A program made the translations under genes and the position numbers. A model generated the notes under the pieces. That model made no database searches, had not been told where the DNA came from, and was given only the letters and a program-made list of their open reading frames with translations. From assembly GCA_013115145.1 (NCBI GenBank), contig JAAPAO010000024.1, positions 62,001 through 126,000 of the forward strand: 64,000 nucleotides of DNA, in the 5' to 3' direction. Positions 1 through 10,251 of this stretch are shown here, piece by piece. Origin of the DNA: Perkinsus chesapeaki ATCC PRA-425. Lineage: Eukaryota > Protista > Perkinsozoa. Every line of letters begins with the position of its first letter. Positions within the stretch are counted from its first letter, which is position 1.

Positions 1-3000
1 AATAAGCCGGGACGGTTCAGTGAGAAAATTCGGCGCTTAGTGGTGCAGCGACTGTTGTCCATGCCGCCGCACCCGAACACTAATTTTTCACTATTCGGGT
101 GACCCAAATAGAAGTAGAAAGAAGTAGTGTTGAGGTTTACGATAGATGATCCAAGGAGATATGCCAATAAGTGTTATCCCACCGCTTTGATAGTATGATC
201 CTTCTCCAGATGCTCTTGTGGTATATGAAGGTCTGAAGGTAAGGGTACATCATCATCAATAATGACAGCAAATCTAACAAGAAGAATAAGACAGTCTCAA
301 GTTGAATACCGTCGTCATCATCCTCTTCCTACCTGAAGTCCTTTATTCTAGAGTAACGTGATAAGAAGGGTATCCAATATTTATTACACCAATAAAAGGC
401 GAAGGTCTTGTTACCCTCGGGGATATATAAGTAATTGATATCGGGGTGAACCTAAGACAGCAGAGGCATTCAAAGTCAATAGAAGGCATACTCAAAGTCA
501 ATAGAAGGCATACTCAAAGTCAATAGAAGGCATACTCAAAGTCAATAGAAGGCATACTCAAAGTCAATAGAAGGCATACTCAAAGTCAATAGAAGGCATA
601 CTCAAAGTCAATAGAAGGNNNNNNNNNNNNNNNNNNNNNNNNNNNNNNNNNNNNNNNNNNNNNNNNNNNNNNNNNNNNNNNNNNNNNNNNNNNNNNNNNN
701 NNNNNNNNNNNNNNACGGCATACTCAAAGTCAATAGAGGGCATACTCAAAGTCAATAGAAGGCATACTCAAAGTCAATAGAGGGCATATTCCAAGTCGAT
801 ATTAAAGCACCTCACCTGTTGCACTGCCCATTGAGTATGGTCCTGTGGACTTAGAGTTGGACCATTGTCGCATACAAAGATGTGGCCCGGTGGGAATACC
901 ATCATAGCAGAACGAAGAGTGTTAGTGAAGGACTCAAAGCGTTCAATGGTCATAGTGGACATGTGGCAGGCTATCATAAGACAACAGTCACGAGTCATCG
1001 ACTGGTTCATAACCTAACAGGGAGAAGAAGCCCCGTTATATAAACCACAGAACTGAATGTACATAGGATATTCAATATCAAAGATAAGAAATATTATTAT
1101 TCGATAAGTCAGGAGCGAATTCTAAAACTTACAAAATCGGCGGTAACTGTGTCTTCACTGCTGTCACGACTAATGTTGAGATCGACCGTGATATCATCCC
1201 GAGGGCCATCCAGGCGGTCAGGTTCATCACAAATATCATCATGCTCATAAGGACGACGGCCCTCTTCCATCGCAGTGTTGGTGGCCACCTCATCAACAGC
1301 TATCTTCATAGCCACCTATTAACAAAATGATGATCTATAACAGTGGTAGTGGTGGTGGGCTACCTGAAGGTGCCGACTGAAGACAGGTGCTCGAGGCCAT
1401 TTAACAACACAGCATGCTATAAGGAAAAGGAATGTGTCCAAGAGGACATCAACAAAGATGAGGAGGTCGAGCCAAGATGACATACGCCAGATAGATATGT
1501 TACCGAAAAGGGCATCCAATGCCTAACAAAAGAAGACACCTGCGCTGACGCACTAGTAGGAATGCTCACCGTTCGCTTTGTTTTCACTTGCTGTGGTGAG
1601 AAATATATTATTAGGTAAAGAGTGACGATAATGAGTAATATAAAGAATATATTCAATAGAACTGTCCGGAACCTTTGCTTGGTGAGGAAGGTCGTCAACT
1701 TTTGTTCTCTCAATTCCTTCCACTGTCTTAGCCTCCTCCTCCAAGCGTTGCTCTCATATCTCTTACGAGGGTCTCGGGACCGCAACTGTGACCGCCTGAA
1801 CACAAAACTCCGTCCCCATCCCCGGCGGTGGTGGTATAACTTACACTTTACTGTCACTTAACATACCAGCGCTTCCTCCCATGCTATCATAGGGTCCAGA
1901 TCCCCTCGGTGATGGTGTATGATGACCAGATGTATTAGGTACTGGTGATAGGCCAGCAAAGCTTCGCGGTGTGGCACGTGGAGTGGCACCAGTTTGGCCC
2001 ATCTGATGGCTGTAAAGGGAGCTCAGGTCATATCTGTTCCGCCAAAGTAGCCATATGACATCTCTCGTAACTTACGCCGTTCCTGGTATTGAGGAGGTAT
2101 CACTATCAGCCTTAAACGCCAACTGAGCCTCCTCATCCCACCTTAGCTCTATCTGAGCTCTAAGATATCTGACAATGAAGATAAGACAGTCATCGACAGT
2201 AATCGGCTTATTTACGCTTTCTTTTCAGGAAGTTCTATAGCCATCTTAGCCATACCTACAGCCTTCTCTCGGCGAAGGTTAATATCAACATGACGAAGGA
2301 TTAGCTCAGCCACGAACCAGAATAAGGTAATGAATACAACACCGGCGATGAGGCCTCTCATAGCTACTATGTTAGAAGGGGATATACTGTAGTCGTTGTT
2401 GCCTATTGGACAGCAAGCAATAGGAGGGGACTCTCTTATTAGTAGCTTACAATAGGAACCATCAAGGACATCGGCACAGTTCATGGTAACAATAACTGGG
2501 GACATATCGGGTCTACGGCCAACTAGTATATCACACTCGAGAGGGACGGCACCATAAGCTTCATCGTCATCAAGGCTAGCGGGATCAGGACATCTAAGGT
2601 ACGTTAAGGTACTATACTGCATTATCTTACCTTTGGGAAGTGCCTGCTATACGGCAGGTATTTTCACAGTAGTCCAGGGAGTAACATACTATATCATCTT
2701 CATGGTGGACTTTTGACGGTATTACGCATTTGCCGCGCCTAAGGAGATCACTGTGCTGCCATATAGAAGGGAGGTTAGCTACCGCTCGTCAAGATTGGAA
2801 TTTTCGGACACTGCAAAACCGTTCTCGGCGATAATGGATACAGCCGCCGTTTTATGCGGAAAAGATACCTATAAGAGTCTGGCACTCAATCCGACCTTGA
2901 AAATATCTTTACCTGGCATCGAGGACCATCTGGTATATCAAGGCTCGAAGCGAAAGTATGGGCTATTTGAGGGCATTGATATATTGGATATATACCGATA

Positions 3001-3214
3001 CTTTCTTCAATAATCCAAGAGTATCTAATAAGACCTCATCCACTCTGTAAGCATTTCCTCCTTACCCCCAGGACCACCAAGTGCATGCCGTACCTAGGCT
3101 AACACTAAGGGCTATAAATAGCACAATAACACGTGTAAATATGGGGCATAGAGATGGCTTGCTAATTACTGGTACCACCATGGCTTTATTGGGAGTTCTT
3201 TCATCTGATGCCAT
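1..3214 (-). CDS. Multi-exon membrane-bound GT2-family glycosyltransferase, 3' end beyond window start
   Basis: Spliced minus-strand exons give MASDERTPNK...IVLFIALSVSLG (ATG 3214), further TM segments, then IACHMS...VFPPGHIFVCDNG, VHPDINYLYIPEGNKTFAFYW and FAVIIDDDVPLP (DxD motif). Linking all exons into one gene is inferred. Confidence 0.7.
470..800. repeat. 22-bp tandem minisatellite (CAAAGTCAATAGAAGGCATACT) in a GT2 intron, spanning a 96-N gap (619-714)
   Basis: Units start at 471, 493, 515, 537 and resume after the gap. The array lies inside minus-strand intron 815-452 (CAG|gtgag...cttag|GTT). Confidence 0.95.
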
Positions 3215-3725
3215 ATAACGTCTTAAAGATACTTATAACTACAACCATGCAGCTTCCCTACCCCATGCCTCTTCCCCCCACGGTGCCCCCAAGGTAATGA
3301 ACATGCGCTGAGGGCTGCGTCGCTCCGCCCCGAGCGCAAGACTTTGAGCGCGCGCCATAAAATGATCGGAGCTGTCAAAGAGGTGTTGGGCGGCAAAGCT
3401 GGGATTAGGACCTCAAATAGGGCATATGAACTTCAAGCTGTACTTGACTTGGTTATACGGATAGATAATAAACAATAATAACATTCAAGGAGAAATTATT
3501 ACACTATAATTGAACGATGTTGCACTCAACTTAAACGCGATGTTGGAATCTATTGGGGATATAAGAACTAATATGTTGGACAAAGGGATCTGGAGAAGTA
3601 TCTTCGAGGTTACCCTAAGATCCGCGATAGGTTAATTGGACAACCACTGCAAAACACGGCACTCCTCTCAGCTATTACTCAACTTTATCATATTATCAAA
3701 TTCGTCACTTCCTATAACCCTTGTT

Positions 3726-6700
3726 ATGCTGCCATTGGTAGCTTCGTTATTAACACTGCAATTAGTATTATCTGATATACCAGTACACTGTACGGTAGAG
3801 GATACGACTGGTAGGCAAACTGCTCAATAGGACTGTAAAATAATGTCAACTCAGGCCTGTGGCAACTGTACCTGCTAGATGGTCCTGTCCCTAATTGGAA
3901 CGGAGGGACTACTAGTGCCTTTTGCGGGTATAGCCCTATGAATGATAACCAATTCAATATAGCATTGGGAGATAAGGTTCATACCATACTTCCGTTACCT
4001 CGTGCATCTATGGGCCTCAGGTGGAGCAGTTAATAGAAGCTACGTCCCACTCAGGAAGTCTGTCGTCAAATGTCGTCCAGAACAGCCTAGGTAAGCTCTC
4101 AAATACAAAAGTAACATCAACCACAACTCAGCTATGTCACTCGCCTCTGGGCCTATTGTTCTTAATCTCTCATTGGACCAAGAAATCTTTACCGATGATA
4201 ACGGCCTTCGCAACAGCCACCACTTGAAGGTAAAGTCTATGAGAGTGTATACAGGCGTGTGAGGGTGATGGGATAGGTTACCGACTCTGAGGGAAGATAT
4301 AGAGGCAGTTGGTCTACAGGATATGATGAAGGTCTGGTCCTACAGCATTTAAATTTGAGTGAGATGCTATAGCCTTTTGAATGGTATTGGTGGGAATGCC
4401 AGGCGGAGATAATGGACCATTGCGGAATATGGTAGCATACTTCCGTTACCGCTGCCTTGAGGATAACGACCACTGCGGAGATTATTCGGACTTTGAGGAT
4501 CAGTAAGATATTCTTATCTGTAGATCCAACAATGCTTCCTATATCTCAACAAGAACGCCATTTAACAGATGTTTGGGTTACCATTGCTAATTGTCATTCC
4601 GCTCTGAAAAATGTGAATTTAACACCTGACAATAATACCAGCTTTTCGTATCCGTCCTCATATCGTCTCTACACTAGTTTGATCCTTTCCGAATAAATCT
4701 GACTGGGGCACCGATTGGGTGAACTACAGTGTAGTCTGCGATGAGGCAAACTCTCGTGTGCAGTACAGAATCCACTGGATGGAGTTAGGGTATTCGAGAT
4801 GTGTACGAATCACCAGGTTCGGGCGTACTAAGGGTTACGAGTCCCTATGTGGACAGACGCTGGTGGGATGGTGGAATAATCTCGACGGAGCGAAGCAGGG
4901 ATGTTTTTGGATGCGGAAAAAGGCTGATAAAGATGCCAATAAGGTTGGATATCAAATCTATAATACAGCATAGTGGGTTTTTTGTAAGGTACATGCTGCG
5001 ATGGTGACGAGTGGAGACTCTCGGCGAGCGACGGTAGTGGGGCCTTCAGCGTTCATTGATAGACAGGCAAAGGCTGAAAGGTGAGGATGTTAAGTATATT
5101 ACGGTCGTTATATATGGTTTGAGTAGGCTCCGTGGGAGAGTTAATGATAGGGTGATGAAGCAAAGGGTAGGTTAATATAGGGTAATAGATTATGGTCGTG
5201 TCAGGTGATGATGGCTGGTGAGGAGGATTCAAATGGATATAGGAGAAGGAAAGGCCGGTAAGGGAATGGCGATATAGTGGGGGTAACCGTTAGTTGAATA
5301 TAACTATGGCTTTAATTATAATAATTATTATGATTATATAAACTAAATAACAATTTGGTTATATTAGGAACGGGGATATGAGAATGAATGATATAATGCT
5401 TAATACTAATGTCGTCGGCATCGCCGGCGAACCCGAAATCCCCAATTGACGAACTTGACATGAGGCGGAATACGGATAAAATTGCAATGAACGGACTGAT
5501 GGGGGGACGTGACATCATTTATGGATGGAGCGCGCGCCAGCGACAACTAATTACACACAGAACTGATGGATAATTGACATTGTCAGATATCACATATTGA
5601 CTCGTGGCTCCTATTTCACGGAGGGTTACTTGGATAGGGTGAGTTGTGCTATGGAAGTCTAAACACCATGTATCGATACTCTAAACCTTTGAGGTGCCAA
5701 TCTCCTACCCACCTCAACCAAAAGATGATGTTTGTTTGGCCACCAATGCCATTGAAGATGGCCCTTTGATGAGCTCCCTCCCAACGTCATACGATTATCG
5801 TAAAGTTGTTAAAGACTTCGGAGGTGGGTCCCTTGGAAAATTCCTCCTCGTACTGTACCCTTTTTTAAGACCTAGAAGCCCAGCAGAAGCTCTGTGGTAG
5901 CTGCTACGCCATAGGAGGAGTCTCAGCTCTACAGACGGGTATAGCTCAACAGTTCCAGCGCTTAGGCATGAAATTGCCGTCAAACTGGGGCCTTTCAGTG
6001 CAGGCGGTAAGGGAAGCTTCTGGGGATGCTGTGGACGTATCTTTCAGGCGTTATCGTGCAGCTATTCCTCGCAGGGATGCAATGGTGGCTATCCAGGTAG
6101 ATGAAGTGTTGAGGGTATGGTATATCAGCATTATTAATAAGGTATAATGGCATTTGATATTACAGTGCAAGGAGTACCACAGACTTCCTGTATGCCGTAA
6201 GTTGGCGAAGGGGGCAGCTTTGTCGAGTATGGCTTTGTGAACAGTATAGGCTTTGCCCTTACATCACCGCTCCACATAATCGATCTCTCGCATATCTGCA
6301 CTGTGTGTGAGAGTCGAGGTAAACTCTCTTTGAAAGAGGATTGAACCAACACTAAGTCTAATATGACCCCGAAGTTTCATCATTAAAGCCCTAAAGCTGC
6401 CTGGTTATTGTGAACTGAAAAACTCGCACGAAAAATTCCTCCACAAATTCTTAGCATACACAGCATTAATTTGACTTGAACGGTACCTAACTATGATGGA
6501 GAATTCCTCAACGTACAATAAAAGGCATCTCAGCAATCGAGAATGTCGCGTGTGTCGGTACGCAGGGGACACCTCAACTCTCACACCACAGCATAGATTC
6601 GCGATAAGAATCGGTCATGCGAAAACTATGCGCTAGAGATTAGGCTCCATTTCGTATGCAAGGTAAGCCGTTGTAAGCGATCTCCTTATATGCTGTTACT

Positions 6701-9700
6701 TGACCTTTGTATAGATAGCTGTGATATGGTTAGTAGTGTTGTAAATAGTAGAGGGCATTCTCATAGTAGCTAATATACCGCCGCCGGCTTCTGGGCTAGC
6801 AACAGCAAGAACAACACACATCAACCTTCCTGAGGGGTATACCGTAGGAGGCTCTTGGATGCTTCTTCCAATTATTAGAGTTAAGGAGTTCACACGTGGG
6901 AAGGGTGTGGTATTTGTAAGGTATCAAGGGACTCCAGCTACCTGTGATAGATCATGCTATAATGATCCAAAGAAGTTATGGTATGCTAAGGACTTCAGTT
7001 ACGTTGGTAAGATGGAGCACGTTCGGCATTGTTGCTTGGATCTTTCGCCTGGATAGGTGGCTTCTATGGACGATGCAGTGAGGCACAGATGATGCGACAT
7101 ATAATAGAGCAAGTGTTATCCCTACACCATTGCATAGCAGCTCAGCTGTCTTAGGCACGGTCCGGTGTCCGTGGCGGTGAACGCTCAAACAGACCTACTC
7201 CCTCTGGCACCGCATAACATTACGGGCTTTGAAGGAGAAGTCCCCTATGGGACTGAACACAGTAGCATCAATGGAAGAGCTGTGAGGGGATCAGTGGGTT
7301 GATGCTCGACCAGCACACTTATCAGGTTCGAGTGAAGGCCAGAGCAATGTCTGATATTGGTAAATCATTCATTATGAAGCAAGGGAGCATGAGCCTCAAT
7401 GAGATGCAATTGGCTACTAACTCATCGCTCATAAAAGGGATGAAGGTTACAGGTAGAGTGTGCTGGCTGCGAGGTAGGCAAGTGAAGTGTGTATGCAGCG
7501 TCCCCTTCAAAGCGAGAGATAGCACTATCGATTACTCTGGGGGAAGATGCAACATCATGGCCGGCTGTGGTGAAAGATGTGTCAAAGATCCTAGCTAGTG
7601 TGGATCCTGTTGGATATGAGATCGGGGATCCACAGTATTTAGGTGAGACATGTCCTTCTGCACGTGTTGTTAAAGGGATTAATGGAGCTGTTATTCGCAA
7701 TCCTAAGTGGTTGGCTTGCCAATGCTTGACGTGTCATCACCTCCTCTCAAACTCTTATTACTAAGATGTCACGCACTTACATTCTCATGAACTTGAGAAG
7801 AGTGTTGTTGTCGACGTGAACAGCGACGAGAGAAACCTCCAGGATTGACGAACACCACAACGGGATTATACCCGATTGTAAAGAAAGCTTTGCGCAAGAG
7901 TGGCTAGCATACAACAATCGATTGACTAATCTGAAATCGCACTGAAGAGCGCACCGAGCCTTCTCGGCTCTGGGCATGGCTCAAGGTGCCTCTCTAACAG
8001 GCGCTATTATGTGTTGAAATAATAGTTTAAAAAGTACAATGCCTAGGAGAATGATGAGCCTTGGTAGCTCGCTCGAATGACACTCGAAGTGTCTAGCTGG
8101 GCAGGGTGTACTAATAACAATGAAATGCCTTTCAATATTCATATAGGGGCGTTAGAGACGCCTTTGATAACCATTTTAATAGCCTCCAACACATTTACTC
8201 TTCCGAACTGCATGGTCAGACCCTCATCGCTCGTGACTCCTAAATCACTGCTCTGCTGGAGAATGTACTTGACCTTCTCAGCAGTCAATGTTCCCACTGA
8301 TGAGGTTTTCATTAAAGCGACTATACCAGCCACCAAAGCGGCCGAGTATGGCGTACCTTTGGCAACCCCGTATCCATTTGACACCGTCGTTGTAAAAACC
8401 TCCATGGGAGCTGCGATATCAACATAGGGAGCATAGTTGCTATCGTCGGAAAGGAGCATTATGTCCCTGTATGTTCCGGTTACACAGATCACACCGTCAA
8501 TGTCGTCGGTATACTTACAAGGGTAGACTTGTTCACCAGCTGCAGAGATATCCTTACCATCATCCCCAGCAGGACAAACGATAGAGATGTTAGCGTTGGA
8601 TGCTCTTTTTAGGGCAGCGACGACGTCTGAGCTGAAGGGTCCATACCTAGCTGAAGGATAGAGTATAACACCAAAATTCTTATCAACAGCATAGTTAATA
8701 GCAGCAGCAACGTGAGGATCGTTTAGGTAAGAATCAATGCAGATGGGCATGAGGTCGATAGCTTCTGTGACACCTGCTATGCCTATCTCGTTATCAATCG
8801 TCGCTCCAATGATACCAGCCAAGGGAGTTCCATTACCATCTCTGTCTTCCTCGCACCCGCCCTTGGTCACAACGTCATATCCATCTGAGGCGGTTTCGTC
8901 CAAGTCAGGGTGTATATAGTTTATACCAAAACCAATAATGGCTACACTTGACCGAACTCTGTAGCCCCTCTCAATTATAGTACGCCAAGCATCGGCCAGC
9001 TCTATCGCATCGAGGTAGGACTTCTGCTTGGACTTGTAGTATTCGTCATCCGGATCGACCAAGGTAGATGCAGTCATCCTGATGCTGATAGCCAGTAGAA
9101 GAGATAAGAGAGTGTAGAACATCGGGGGTTGTAACTAATAATAACACCGGTGACCTTCCCTCACTGAATCTACCTTACCTATGGAGCGGCACCTTGGCCT
9201 CCACTAGATCATGTGTACGCGTGATCACTAGGCGTTTCTCGCCCTCTCCAGCTTTGGTGTGTATTCTATAACGAATAGTGACCCTGTATTTGGGTCACTG
9301 ATCCAAATACGTCCTGCGTAATGCCCATGTACCTTCATTTACGGAAGCGAACTGATAGCCCCGTAGAGCGGATCCAGTGGCTCGGACGGAGCCGCTCCGG
9401 GAGATTGGCAGATGGTGCTAAATATCCCATCCTTTTCCTCGCAATTACTACCTCGACCTTCGGAGGCGACATGAATGCTGTCGACTGTCTTGTTTTGGGA
9501 ATAATATGGACCCGTTTCAAGGTGTTGCCTCTAACGACCCGCCGCCGCCGGCCCGCATCTCTCCGCTGTAGGCCCACGTTACGCGTTGTTTTCCCGGACT
9601 GAAAATCACTCTTGCACACCCTCTAAAGACTCGCATGTTCACCTTGAGTCCTGTTTTCATGCAGGCTCTAGGGGCCGGACTCTTTCATCCTCTTGAGCCG

Positions 9701-10142
9701 GACTTGCGAGCATAAAAGGATTCCGCTCTCTGCCAGGCATTGATAAATGGGAGTATACGAATCATGCACTTCTTGTAATGGGATGGGGCTCGGAAATAGA
9801 CGAGAGAGAAGGGAAAAAGGTGAAGTACTGGATAGCTAGAAATTCGTGGGGCGATCGATGGGGTAATGACTCTCTGTGCTGCAAATTGGTCAAAGGGAAG
9901 CTTGTTAGGTCCAAACGGTGATGGGTATGTGAAGATACTGAGAGGAGTTAATTATGGAGGGATTGAGTCACAGGCTGTATCGATACTACCTGACCCCTGT
10001 AGAGGCGCATTCAAAGGTAGACTTGAAAATAGCATTATTGCTAATGCTTTATTCAGAACATCTTGATCGTCATTTGAGGGATACCGGCATGCCATGGTCT
10101 GATTTACCCAAGTCAATGAGAACATGCTATCAAACTTCATGA
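3726..10142 (+). CDS. Cathepsin C / dipeptidyl aminopeptidase-like papain-family protease, paralog 1 (multi-exon)
   Basis: Signal peptide then SDIPVHC; exclusion-domain-like CGQTLVGWW; LPTSYDYR; QKLCGSCYA (Cys 5902-5904); WYAKDFSYVGGFYG; HGPVSVA; WEYTNHAL (His 9763-9765); KYWIARNSWG; ends RTCYQTS*. Confidence 0.85.
8139..9122 (-). CDS. Secreted subtilisin (S8)-fold protein with substituted catalytic residues, intronless, nested in a cathepsin C intron
   Basis: 327-aa ORF with signal peptide and S8 motifs VAIIGFG..HPDL, DGNGTPLAGIIGA, GIAGV, CPAGDDG, VDIAAP, GTPYSAALVAGIVALM, FGRVNV. Confidence 0.85.
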   Translation of the reverse strand: MFYTLLSLLLAISIRMTASTLVDPDDEYYKSKQKSYLDAIELADAWRTIIERGYRVRSSVAIIGFGINYIHPDLDETASDGYDVVTKGGCEEDRDGNGTPLAGIIGATIDNEIGIAGVTEAIDLMPICIDSYLNDPHVAAAINYAVDKNFGVILYPSARYGPFSSDVVAALKRASNANISIVCPAGDDGKDISAAGEQVYPCKYTDDIDGVICVTGTYRDIMLLSDDSNYAPYVDIAAPMEVFTTTVSNGYGVAKGTPYSAALVAGIVALMKTSSVGTLTAEKVKYILQQSSDLGVTSDEGLTMQFGRVNVLEAIKMVIKGVSNAPI

Positions 10143-10251
10143 TTACCACTTGACTGCTTTGTAGTCGTCATTGAGTTATTCTACGGGAGTGGCGGGGGCC
10201 AAAGATGGACCGAAACACGACACTCATATTGCCGAACGCTAGTTGAACCCT

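Noticed and set aside
470-800. 22-bp array as a CRISPR array, or as the 63-aa ORF 564-755
   Set aside because: Units abut with no spacers, the context is eukaryotic and intronic, and the ORF exists only because of the N gap.
3363-3640. Short + strand frames (MIGAVKEVLGG...) upstream of cathepsin C-1
   Set aside because: No recognisable product and no convincing splice path; the cathepsin signal peptide starts at 3726.
7977-7988. TGGCTCAAG followed by GT, resembling the 3' end of the dinoflagellate/perkinsid spliced leader
   Set aside because: Only 9 of about 22 nt match and the upstream CCGTAGCCAT part is absent; expected by chance.
9270-9620. GC-rich patch with ORFs on both strands and an 8-bp hairpin upstream of the nested subtilisin, considered as a mobile-element end
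   Set aside because: No transposase, RT, terminal repeats or target-site duplication visible.
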